A stretch of DNA of 64,000 nucleotides, taken from positions 9,556 through 73,555 of the IMG/VR virus record IMGVR_UViG_3300019776_000521; one strand, given 5' to 3'. Position 1 is the stretch's first letter. Each line of letters opens with the position of its first letter. The DNA is from a virus. The notes under the pieces were generated by a model. It saw only the letters and a list, made by a program, of their open reading frames with translations. It made no database searches and had not been told where the DNA came from. This document shows, piece by piece, positions 8,313-17,252 of this stretch. The position numbers were made by a program, and so were the translations under genes.

Positions 8313-8695
8313 CAGTCGGTCCGTTCGAGGTCATAGACAATAGTGGGCGCAGGTGATTGCGATTGCGGCTCCACATAAGAAAGGGAAACACTCTGCGTTT
8401 GAGCGTCAATCTCTTGTATGGCAATCATGCTGGAATGAAAAACGCTTAGCGCGTCAATAAAGACTTGCCCGCCCTCACGCTCAATTACCCAAGAAACAAG
8501 CTGTTCTTTGGTCACTTGGTCAAACGGGGTAAATCCTTGAATACCCTCGACATCAAAGAGCGTCGTTCCGGCGCCCACGGACGTAAACCCGTTGCGCTCA
8601 AAAATGACTGTCCACTCAACCTTGGCAATAACGTTTTCATTTTCACCAAGTTGTGGAAATACCCGCACAGATGTGATTTTAAAAGTTTGGTTCAT
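8312..8695 (-). CDS. Tail-fibre-associated small protein
   Basis: FTPFDQVTKEQLVSWV motif of small proteins found beside phage fibres; coupled ORF. Confidence 0.65.
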   Translation of the reverse strand: MNQTFKITSVRVFPQLGENENVIAKVEWTVIFERNGFTSVGAGTTLFDVEGIQGFTPFDQVTKEQLVSWVIEREGGQVFIDALSVFHSSMIAIQEIDAQTQSVSLSYVEPQSQSPAPTIVYDLERTD

Positions 8696-9138
8696 GGGTT
8701 TGCTGCTCCGTAAAGCTGAGATAAAGCGATTGCGCCTGACGCTGGCACGCCAGTGTTAATAGTTTCTGTGCCGGAGCTGGTTCGGCGTGTGTAGTAGGTA
8801 ACCCCGCTAGCCAAAGGGCCTCGGTAGTAAGTGTAAGCACCAACTGTTACAGAGGTGGTTGCTTGCGAATTTATACCAGCGGTAACTACTGATCCCCCCC
8901 AAACTAAATAGCTATACGAATAAACACTGGGTTCGCTTTTTCCACCACTCGAATAAACATCGTACCAATATCCCACGGAAGTACTTGCCCACCCGCCACC
9001 AGCCGGCTCAAAAATTGTTGCCGTTCGCGTAGTTGGCACGTAAGCACCACCCCGGTAATACTCGCTCATCGAGATAGGGTTGGCCCCACCCAGCGCCGCC
9101 TGGACGCTTGCAAGGTTGTATGCGGAGACAGTTCCCAT
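8692..9138 (-). CDS. Putative fibre-tip adhesin
   Basis: GGANPISMSEYYRGG...SGAIALSQLYG frame enclosing an aromatic-rich insert; TAATG-coupled to the fibre. Confidence 0.6.
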   Translation of the reverse strand: MGTVSAYNLASVQAALGGANPISMSEYYRGGAYVPTTRTATIFEPAGGGWASTSVGYWYDVYSSGGKSEPSVYSYSYLVWGGSVVTAGINSQATTSVTVGAYTYYRGPLASGVTYYTRRTSSGTETINTGVPASGAIALSQLYGAANP

Positions 9139-11771
9139 TACTTAGCCAGTTGCAGTTTTAGCGCGTTGAGTTCCTCGCGCAGGCTGGTTACTTCTTTAGC
9201 CAAAGCCACGCACGCCGCCAGGGCTGCGTTGCCGTAGGCCACGGACAGCATGCCGTCGCTGCCTTCCATGATGGCTTCGGGCATCACTTCGCGCAGGCTC
9301 TGCGCACTCACGCCGACCTGGGTAGCTCCGCTATCAATGCGTTCGTAGGCTCCATGCTTGACGGCTGCGAAGCGGGTCAGGAAGTCGGCGGGCAGTGGGC
9401 GCCAGTTTGTTTTCAAGCGCTCGTCGGAGTAAGCGGTGACGTTGCCGTTCATCGTCAAGTTGCCGGTCATGTCCATTTGCAATCGATTGACTGCAGCTGA
9501 CCAGCCACCAATACGAAACACGTTGTCTGAGTCCAGACCCATGTTTAAACCATAAGCCCCTGGCCGATGCATTGACCATACTGCTCCACCACTACCTTGT
9601 CCTGTAACTTCTGGTCCAGCTTTTCCTGCATATCCTGTGTTTTGGCCAGAAACACTCAGACCAAAAATAGTTGCAGTTCCTCCAATGGTTCCTGCAGTTA
9701 CCGCATAAGCAACGCTCAGCGCACTGGTCAAATACGTGCGCAAGTAATCATCACTGCCATTGGTACCCCAAACCCGAGATGGGTTTGAGTTGTTGCCTTC
9801 ATTACCGTTGCTGCTGTTGATGTAACCAACTTGAAGGTAGCCGTTACCATCAGTACGGACTACCTTGTTAGCTTCATTGTTTCGAGCGGTGTGAACATTC
9901 AATCCATAAGCTGTACCGGCATTACCAGTAACGCTAATACCCCAAGTACCTGAAGCACTGCCGCCTGTAAGAGTTGGGCTGTAGGAGTTGTAATTGCCAC
10001 TATGCAGCGCAGTGTATTGAGTACCACCCCCATACGTGCCTGAATAAATGTAAAAATCCCCGTTTTGATGAAAAAATTTCCATCCATAACTTTCGTTGTA
10101 GTAGCCAGTAGTGTTGCCATTTGACATCCAATGACCGTTGCCACCTCCTTCAGGCATGTTTTGCATTGCAATGCCTTGATACCCACCTTTAGCACCACGA
10201 ATAGCAATCGGCGTGTAGCTTGAAAGGTCGTTGGCGTGAATGTGTGCACCGTAATGGTTAGGCCAGTAAAGACCATACGATCCGTTTGCTTGCAACCAAG
10301 TATTTACTTGATAATACGAACTTCCTTGCTGTGACAGTACACGACTACCGTTGTCGTAAATACCAACAGCGTACAATTCTTTGCTGCCATATGTACCACT
10401 ACCGATTTTTACTGCACCACCTTCAAAATAGTTAAGTTCAAGTGGATCACTGCCACGACCATTCACGGTGTCAAAATAACCGTTGTTTCCAAAAATACCA
10501 AAGTTGCTATTTGCAGAGTTAACAAAGTTTGGTGCATTAACAGTTCCGCTCAACGTTCCACCGCTCAAAGGCAGTGCATAGGAACTGTAATTTCCTTCGT
10601 GTAAAAGATCTTTCCATGCATTTAAAGTAGCCGAATCTCCGTTACGAGTTCTAAATCGAAGACCATTACCACCTCCGTTATAAGGAGCGTTTAACCACAA
10701 ATCGTAGCCACTTGCAGCAAAGCGAACAATTGGTCCTGTGTATGGTGCATTAAGACCATAAGTAAACCCCGTAGCATTGGAGTCCATTGTGTTTGCATCT
10801 AACGTAAAGCCTTGATACGCCATTAAATTTGAAGGCTTACTGCTAACGCCACTCCACGCTACTGCAGATGCCGTAGCTGCATTACCTGTAACGTTAATAC
10901 CCCAAGTGCCGGAAGCTACACCTCGGATCGAAGTCATTGCGTGACTCAAGGTTGACTTGCGCGACCAGCCATCTCCGTTGGAAGTAATAAACGAACTGAT
11001 CGTCGGATTTTCAGATTCGCCAGTGTTGAAATTAATGTGATTGGCGTAGATGTAGCCGCTTGCATCACGACGAACAATATTGTCGGCGTTAACACCCGTC
11101 GAAGCTGTAATCGTTGCGGAGTTGGCTTGTCCGCTGATCGTAGCTGCATTACCCGTAATGCTGATGCCCCAAGTGCCCGATGCACCTGTACCTGTGAGCG
11201 TTGGAGCATATGAGTTGTAGTTACCTGCGTGAAGAACTGAACTACCTTTGTAGGTAAACGTATTCATTCCAGCAGCAAAAATCACGGTAGACCATAAGTT
11301 GTCTACTACTTCAAACATTCTGTCAGCACTGTTCCCCAACTGGACAGTTGCTGTGCCCGTCAAACGATCTGATGCACGACCAATCCACGCTTCGCCTGTA
11401 TTTAAAGTAGAACTCGAAAACGTACCCATCCTAATGCGGCCTGACATGTCGCCGCCACTCAAAGGCAAGTAGCTTGTCAGAGCCGCACTGGTGATGTACC
11501 CATTCGGATTAGTACTGTTGTAAGGAGTAAACCCAAGTGCCGTTGTTACGTTTGCACTAGAAATCTCACCCCGAATAGTTGCCGAGCTTTTGTTCTCGAC
11601 GTTACCAATACCCAGGTTGGTTCTGGCAGTCCCAGCGTTCACAAGATCGCTCAGGTTGAGCGATGCAACAAGCTTTTGCCCAAGCTCTGTGTTCAGGGCC
11701 GTGAAGTTGCCATCAAGCTCTGCATTGGTAAGAGGAGAGCCTTTTGTATTGCGAAGCGTGAGAGCTGCCAT
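9138..11771 (-). CDS. Long tail fibre with C-terminal intramolecular chaperone (peptidase S74)
   Basis: Gly/Asn/Thr-rich repeats; YSDERLK cleavage motif, GVSAQ, LSVAYG, terminal coiled coil. Confidence 0.9.
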   Translation of the reverse strand: MAALTLRNTKGSPLTNAELDGNFTALNTELGQKLVASLNLSDLVNAGTARTNLGIGNVENKSSATIRGEISSANVTTALGFTPYNSTNPNGYITSAALTSYLPLSGGDMSGRIRMGTFSSSTLNTGEAWIGRASDRLTGTATVQLGNSADRMFEVVDNLWSTVIFAAGMNTFTYKGSSVLHAGNYNSYAPTLTGTGASGTWGISITGNAATISGQANSATITASTGVNADNIVRRDASGYIYANHINFNTGESENPTISSFITSNGDGWSRKSTLSHAMTSIRGVASGTWGINVTGNAATASAVAWSGVSSKPSNLMAYQGFTLDANTMDSNATGFTYGLNAPYTGPIVRFAASGYDLWLNAPYNGGGNGLRFRTRNGDSATLNAWKDLLHEGNYSSYALPLSGGTLSGTVNAPNFVNSANSNFGIFGNNGYFDTVNGRGSDPLELNYFEGGAVKIGSGTYGSKELYAVGIYDNGSRVLSQQGSSYYQVNTWLQANGSYGLYWPNHYGAHIHANDLSSYTPIAIRGAKGGYQGIAMQNMPEGGGNGHWMSNGNTTGYYNESYGWKFFHQNGDFYIYSGTYGGGTQYTALHSGNYNSYSPTLTGGSASGTWGISVTGNAGTAYGLNVHTARNNEANKVVRTDGNGYLQVGYINSSNGNEGNNSNPSRVWGTNGSDDYLRTYLTSALSVAYAVTAGTIGGTATIFGLSVSGQNTGYAGKAGPEVTGQGSGGAVWSMHRPGAYGLNMGLDSDNVFRIGGWSAAVNRLQMDMTGNLTMNGNVTAYSDERLKTNWRPLPADFLTRFAAVKHGAYERIDSGATQVGVSAQSLREVMPEAIMEGSDGMLSVAYGNAALAACVALAKEVTSLREELNALKLQLAK

Positions 11772-11788
11772 ATCATTTCCTTACCTGA

Positions 11789-12247
11789 TTAAACAGCGTT
11801 CAGGGTAACGGTCCAAGTCACCGACATCGTGTCGTCTGCACCTTTGTTGACCACTGGAAACACCGTGCGGCACAGCATGTCACCAGCCGTAAGCGCATTG
11901 AAAATGCCAGCTTCAGTAACTGCACCTGTTGCATCTCCTGGCTCAAACGAAGCCACGTACTGCACCTTCTCGCTGTTGGTGCCGGTGATCGTTGAGCTAT
12001 CCAAAGCTTCCCGAGAACCCAGGGTAGTTACCAGATTGGTTTGTGCTGCCGCAGCAGCTGTCGTACCAGAGCCAAGAGCCATGTGAGACATCACGGCTTT
12101 GGCCGTACCCACCATACGGCTGATGATGAAAGCCAAACCAGCATTCACTACCAGGTTCTTGACCTCACGCTCTTCTTTCACATTGCCAAACTTGTCCGTG
12201 AGGACAATGTTGAGCTGGCCACTGATTTTCAATTGATCTTTGATCAT
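11789..12247 (-). CDS. Putative tail structural protein
   Basis: NLVVNAG...MALGSG...TEAGIFN...VNK pattern seen in tail/baseplate proteins. Confidence 0.7.
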   Translation of the reverse strand: MIKDQLKISGQLNIVLTDKFGNVKEEREVKNLVVNAGLAFIISRMVGTAKAVMSHMALGSGTTAAAAAQTNLVTTLGSREALDSSTITGTNSEKVQYVASFEPGDATGAVTEAGIFNALTAGDMLCRTVFPVVNKGADDTMSVTWTVTLNAV

Positions 12248-12259
12248 AGGATTTCCTTG

Positions 12260-13177
12260 TTAAAAAGTTAGGGAAGCACCGACGTAATCTTCCGAGAAAT
12301 AAGTGAAGTCTGAATATCCCTGACTTCTCAACGACCCACCATCGGATAACTGAGTCGATTCCGCAAGAAACCTATTGAACGTTGTTTGAACCAAAAGTAA
12401 ATCAGACACCGTTCCTAGATCAGTGGTTCCTTTTAAAAACTCCATTGTCTGATCATCAAGAATAGTTGCAGCACCATCGATGTCATCTGTCGTGTTGACT
12501 TGATCGTAGAGTTGCTTGCTTTTTGCAATAAACAGCAACTCAGCAACTGCAGCACTATCACCCAATGGTTTGTCTAAAGTCGTTGCAATTACATCTGTTG
12601 TGCTTGCGCTATCTGACAATGCTTTGAAAAAGTCAATTACATCTGCATCAGAAAAGCTGCCGGAATCAGTAAGATTTTTGATAACGCTTTGCGTTATGAA
12701 ATCAGAAGTTACTGAACTATCACTCAACGGTTTATCAAAACCAAAAACAACAGTGTCTACAGCTGCGTAACTGTCGTTGATAGCCTTAAAAAACTCAATT
12801 ATTTTGGTGTCATTTGCACTGGGTATCTCGCTCAGCCCTTTAGTGAACTCTGCTGCAATGGCATCAGAAAGCGTAGCGTTGTCCACAAGGCTTTTGAAAA
12901 AAGACTTGACCATCACATCCAGTGATGTAGCCGAGTCTTCTTTTATAAGTCGAGTGATCCAGTGACCCAAGGCATACAGCAGCTTCATTCTTGAAGCTTC
13001 TGCAGTGGCAGCAATGCTGGCCACGCTTACAGACGCAGCAATTTTTGCTACTTCTACAGACGCAGCAATTTTTGTCACTCCTACAGACGCAGCTATCCGT
13101 GCCGCTACTACAGACGTAGCCATGTCCAGCCGTGCAGCTGCAAGTGATATTGCGGCTGCTACGGCAGAAAGCTTCAT
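12260..13177 (-). CDS. Putative virion protein with internal repeats
   Basis: 9-aa repeats at the N-terminus, ~19-aa KxLSDS repeats, C-terminal YFSEDYVG. Confidence 0.65.
   Translation of the reverse strand: MKLSAVAAAISLAAARLDMATSVVAARIAASVGVTKIAASVEVAKIAASVSVASIAATAEASRMKLLYALGHWITRLIKEDSATSLDVMVKSFFKSLVDNATLSDAIAAEFTKGLSEIPSANDTKIIEFFKAINDSYAAVDTVVFGFDKPLSDSSVTSDFITQSVIKNLTDSGSFSDADVIDFFKALSDSASTTDVIATTLDKPLGDSAAVAELLFIAKSKQLYDQVNTTDDIDGAATILDDQTMEFLKGTTDLGTVSDLLLVQTTFNRFLAESTQLSDGGSLRSQGYSDFTYFSEDYVGASLTF
13028..13120. repeat. 27-bp tandem repeat x4
   Basis: TACAGACGCAGC at 13028, 13055, 13082; TACAGACGTAGC at 13109. Confidence 0.85.
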
Positions 13178-13509
13178 GCAAGCTCCTCACGGACCTTGAA
13201 CTTGAGAAGAGTAAAAATGGTCTCTCTTAGGCCACTGGAGAGCACCACTTCGATCTCACCTTCGTAGTCCCCTGCTTCCACATCCAGGTTGCCTGCAGCC
13301 CATTCGATGTAGCAGATACCCTGTGTAGCCATCCCAACCAGGATGGTGGCTTGTCTGGAAAACAGGACTACCTCGGTATCAACCGCACGAAAATGCAGCG
13401 TTACAGAGGCATTGGTGAGGTCTATGGGCAGGTTTGTGAGTTCGTTCGTCAGCGTGAGCTTGATCTGAGGCCCAGTGTCGTTACGAACCAGTTTGATTTT
13501 TTCACTCAT
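13174..13509 (-). CDS. BppU N-terminal-like tail/baseplate protein
   Basis: NDTGP...PIDLT...GDYEGEIEV...F.VRE pattern. Confidence 0.7.
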   Translation of the reverse strand: MSEKIKLVRNDTGPQIKLTLTNELTNLPIDLTNASVTLHFRAVDTEVVLFSRQATILVGMATQGICYIEWAAGNLDVEAGDYEGEIEVVLSSGLRETIFTLLKFKVREELA

Positions 13510-13653
13510 GTGCAGGATCTCCGACGTTCTTTGAGATCCTGCTTAAACAGGATCAAAGGGATTTAGGTCGGAAGTTCCTGCAATGATCAGACATCCGTTT
13601 CAGGCCGCTATTACACCACAGAGTCAATTAAGCCAAACACACCAGTCCTGTTT

Positions 13654-14139
13654 TCAGGGCTGGATTGGCCATTGGATATTGAGCGGATCAGGCTGGCTCG
13701 TGACATCACGCAAGGCTTGCCGATATACCTGCCAGGAAGCGTACAGAGCCTCTCCAAGGCGTTGCTTAGCCGACAAGGTATCAGTCCAGTCAGACGTAGC
13801 CAAAAGGCTTCCACGACGCAGCCTGACAAGCTCCCAGGCTCTTTCAATGCCTTCCTGGATACGCTGCGCTTCACCGTAAGGAAGCCAGCCTTCAGGAGGC
13901 TCTTGAAGCAGCCCTGAAATGGTGAACACCGAAAGCTTTTCAGATGTTGGATCATAAAACATTTGCCCACGACGATCGACGTAAAGAGTCCAGTTGTCGC
14001 CTACACGCCGCCACACCATTCCTACAGGACAATCGCCTGTTGGTGCAATGAATTCTTTTGGGCCTTGATTGACAAACTCAGAGGCCAAGTAAGTCGAAAT
14101 CACAAACCCATTTTCATCAGTCTTTGCAAGTGTGTTCAT
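13654..14139 (-). CDS. Tail fibre assembly chaperone
   Basis: RxxLLATSDWT...WQVYRQALRDV...IQWP; ATGA overlap places the start at 14139. Confidence 0.85.
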   Translation of the reverse strand: MNTLAKTDENGFVISTYLASEFVNQGPKEFIAPTGDCPVGMVWRRVGDNWTLYVDRRGQMFYDPTSEKLSVFTISGLLQEPPEGWLPYGEAQRIQEGIERAWELVRLRRGSLLATSDWTDTLSAKQRLGEALYASWQVYRQALRDVTSQPDPLNIQWPIQP

Positions 14140-16268
14140 AGCTTGAATAGGCTCCATGCATAGTTGTCTAACCTGATTGAATTTACTGATACTGCAGTAG
14201 TTACGTTTCGTATTGAAACAGTGCACCACAGCCAGATTCTATTCGTAGGGCTGTTATTACCAGCGCTTCCCACTGTAAAGTGAGTTGACTTTTGCCTGAT
14301 TTCGCAACTGATGTAAGTGGAAAACAATTCAGTTGGAGAACCTCCACCAAACCACGTTACATACGAAGTATCAATTTTAAGCAATGCTCCGTAATACTGG
14401 TTTATGGAAAAATTGGCAAAGTTAGCATCGTCAATACCAGTATCAATCCAAAAGTTATGTCCAGTGTCTTGGCTGTACGCTGTCGTGTAATAAGTATTGT
14501 CACCACTTGTATAACTGGTGGTGGAAGTCGTGTTTAGTACTACACCTAGATAACCACTGCCAGAAGCAGCAGAATCCCGTCTTTGAATTCTGACTCGATC
14601 TGCAGTTACAGTCCCGTCGTTTAAAACACTGAATCTTCCGCCAACAGTTGCAAAACTTTTGGCAGTCATTGCTCCATTCACAATGTCAAAGTTGCTGTTG
14701 TATATGTCACCAGCAGCAGTTACTTGAAGATATTTTCCAGTGTTGAAATTTCCAAGAAGCAACCCACTGGGTCCAAGGTAAAAACCATTACCCGAAGTTG
14801 GCCAAGCGTATCCAGAATAGGAACCACCAAATATTTCGTTGACTTGAAGGTAGTTGGCTTTGATCTTGCCATTCTCAATTACCACTGCACCTGCTTCATC
14901 TCGAAGCTTGGTAAAAGTCAGTGTGTTGATAACAGCCTGATCAATGAACACTTCATTGTTGCTGATGATGAATGGCTTTTTCTTGTTGGCAGCAGTTCGA
15001 CCAACCCAAAAGGTATCAACATCAAACCCAGCTTCAACTGTCGTGCCGTCGTTGTAAATACCAAATCCACCAATCAACCCATTCACAGTCACCTTGGCTG
15101 TGTACAGAGCACCTATCTGCGTGACTTTGCCATCCACCGTGTTGATGTTGGTTTGCAGCGTAGTCTGAGCCGAAGCAATATTGTTGTTTAGCGTTGCCTG
15201 AGAAGTAGTGATAGCACTGCTGATCGCACCATCCGTCCCTGTCTTTGTGTAGTAGTTGGACTGCAAAGCAGCAGTATTTGTGTAATTAGCAAGAGAATTG
15301 TTCAGGGTCGTTGTTGACACCAGCGTAGACGTTGCACTCGAAATTGCCGAGTCGGTAGCCGTCTTTGTGTAATAGTTAGTTTGCAGTGACGCTGTATTTG
15401 TGTAATTACTTAAGGCTGTGTTTAGTGCCGTGGTTGAAACCAGCGTTGAAGTAGCCGAAGAAATTGCGCTATTGGTTCCAGCTTTTGTAAAGTAGTCATT
15501 CAACAGCGTTGCACGAGTAGCAGGAAGACCTGTCGTCGCGTTGTTTACCTGAGCATTCAGCAGTGTGTACAAAGAAGCGTTTGCTTCGTCTCCAGTCACC
15601 CTGGCAGATTGTTCCTGTTGAATCAAAGCCAAGTTGCTTTGGTTTGCTGCTGCCACAGTATTAAGTTGCGTTACAAGTGCGGAGTCGCCGTCCTGGCGAT
15701 CTGTGATCTCTTCATTGAGAAATGTGAGCGCTTGAGTAACGCCGGTTTGTACTTGAGCCAAAGCTGTACTCAATGCAGTGTTGGACGCAATCCTGTCGTC
15801 AACCTCATCTAAAAGGTCTTGATAGTTCAGAGTGATTTTGTCAATTTCTGTCTTCAAAGATTGAGCCAATAATCCTGAATCAATCTTGCTGGTCAACAAC
15901 TCGATCATGTTGTCAATCGTAGGCCGAGCTATAGCCGAAGCTGGGCCAATCAAATCACCTATCGTACCGTTTACCGATACGATTCTGATCCAGTAGTAAT
16001 ACGTCAGCTGCGCGTTGACAGTGCTCTTGTCATAAAAGAAATTGCCACCAACAGTAGCAATCACTATTGCAGAATTGAAGTTGGGGAGAATACCCCGATA
16101 CAAAATCACATGTGATACTGCAAACGGATTGACTGTTGGATACGTCCACGAAACATCAATGCCGCCAAACGCAGGAGTGGCAGTGAGAATGCTGTTGTTA
16201 TCAGGGTCTCCAGGCTGAGGCCAATTCCCCGTACCAGTACCGCACACATTAGTTGAGCATGTTGCCAT
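14136..16268 (-). CDS. Tail tip / host-specificity protein (FN3-like domain, coiled coil, DUF1983-like)
   Basis: YYYWIRIVSVNG; YTAKVTVNGLIGGFG...PFII...VFIDQAVI. Confidence 0.8.
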   Translation of the reverse strand: MATCSTNVCGTGTGNWPQPGDPDNNSILTATPAFGGIDVSWTYPTVNPFAVSHVILYRGILPNFNSAIVIATVGGNFFYDKSTVNAQLTYYYWIRIVSVNGTIGDLIGPASAIARPTIDNMIELLTSKIDSGLLAQSLKTEIDKITLNYQDLLDEVDDRIASNTALSTALAQVQTGVTQALTFLNEEITDRQDGDSALVTQLNTVAAANQSNLALIQQEQSARVTGDEANASLYTLLNAQVNNATTGLPATRATLLNDYFTKAGTNSAISSATSTLVSTTALNTALSNYTNTASLQTNYYTKTATDSAISSATSTLVSTTTLNNSLANYTNTAALQSNYYTKTGTDGAISSAITTSQATLNNNIASAQTTLQTNINTVDGKVTQIGALYTAKVTVNGLIGGFGIYNDGTTVEAGFDVDTFWVGRTAANKKKPFIISNNEVFIDQAVINTLTFTKLRDEAGAVVIENGKIKANYLQVNEIFGGSYSGYAWPTSGNGFYLGPSGLLLGNFNTGKYLQVTAAGDIYNSNFDIVNGAMTAKSFATVGGRFSVLNDGTVTADRVRIQRRDSAASGSGYLGVVLNTTSTTSYTSGDNTYYTTAYSQDTGHNFWIDTGIDDANFANFSINQYYGALLKIDTSYVTWFGGGSPTELFSTYISCEIRQKSTHFTVGSAGNNSPTNRIWLWCTVSIRNVTTAVSVNSIRLDNYAWSLFKL
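15211..15500. repeat. 120-bp (40-aa) degenerate tandem repeats in the tail tip gene
   Basis: Y(Y/F)TK...AISSA recurs at 15241, 15361, 15481. Confidence 0.8.
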
Positions 16269-16336
16269 TTGATACCCTTCAAAGAAGCATTTCTTGCTGC
16301 TTTACAAGATTTCCCCAACCAACCTGAAAGAACCAA

Positions 16337-17080
16337 GTGAAAGCAATCTACGAAAACCATTATCTCACCGATCGTGATGTCGCCAACTATGCTAGGCAAT
16401 CCTTTGCCGGTCTAGCAGAGCACTTCACCGAAGATCAAAACAACAAGCTGATTCAGTTTTTGGCTAGAGGAATGGCTTCTGGAGACTGGGAAACTCTTTT
16501 GAAAAAGATTGGTGCACCCTATGGTTTGACTCAAAAAGAGTTGCATGAAACAGCTGTGTATCTTCGCAAGATTCCTGAGCATTGGGTTCCCTTTGGCCAT
16601 CCACACATTACGCTCAGAATGCAAGCTCCAATCCCAGTCAGAGTGCAATGTTTTAAGCACAAGATAGGACTGGTTGAGTCTGAAGAATCCAGAAGGTATA
16701 TCTCTAGCAGGCCGGAGGTCTACGTGCCTCCGTATTTCCGAGCCAAGGCTGCAAACGTCAAGCAAGGTTCTGGGGACATCCATCCCCACAGTGATCCTTG
16801 GAAAGACGCTTACACACGGCTCACGACGCAATGCGTAGAGACGTACCTGCTGATGGTCGAGTCCGGCGTCTGCCCAGAGCAAGCACGGTTCATCCTGCCC
16901 CAGGGCTGCGAGGTCAACTGGGTCTGGACAGGATCCCTGTACGCATTCGCCAACTTCTACAACCTGCGCTCAGATTCCCATGCTCAAAAAGAGATCCAGG
17001 AGCTGGCTGCAAGCGTCAATGAAATCATCTCCCCGCTATTCCCAGTGTCCTGGGCGGCATTAACGGACGGCAAGTACTAG
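16337..17080 (+). CDS. thyX: FAD-dependent thymidylate synthase
   Basis: HWVPFGH, FKHK...SEESRRY, PEQARFILPQ, LRSDSHAQKEI. Confidence 0.92.
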   Translation: MKAIYENHYLTDRDVANYARQSFAGLAEHFTEDQNNKLIQFLARGMASGDWETLLKKIGAPYGLTQKELHETAVYLRKIPEHWVPFGHPHITLRMQAPIPVRVQCFKHKIGLVESEESRRYISSRPEVYVPPYFRAKAANVKQGSGDIHPHSDPWKDAYTRLTTQCVETYLLMVESGVCPEQARFILPQGCEVNWVWTGSLYAFANFYNLRSDSHAQKEIQELAASVNEIISPLFPVSWAALTDGKY

Positions 17081-17252
17081 GCATAGAAATCACAGTAAAC
17101 TCGGATCCCCGATTTATTGCAGATAAAAGCCCTTCCGGGCTTTTCTATGAAGTAAGTCAGCTGTAAGGTTGACTTGCAGAGCCAAAGCTTCCAGGTTCCC
17201 GTGGGAGGCATTGGCTCTTTTTTTGTCCCCAGGAACCCTTGAAAGAGCCTCT
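17081..17252 (+). promoter_or_regulatory. Structured leader upstream of nrdJ
   Basis: Hairpins at 17125-17144, 17154-17175, and 17178-17218 followed by a T run; an alternative pairing covers the RBS. Confidence 0.55.

Noticed and set aside
5721-16268. Lysis/tail module placed inside the replication region as a novel rearrangement
   Set aside because: As I recall, LIT1/LUZ7-type N4-like phages have a similar layout.
9138-16268. Diversity-generating retroelement or invertase acting on fibre repeats
   Set aside because: No reverse transcriptase, no template/variable repeat pair differing at adenines, no invertase or inverted cassettes seen.
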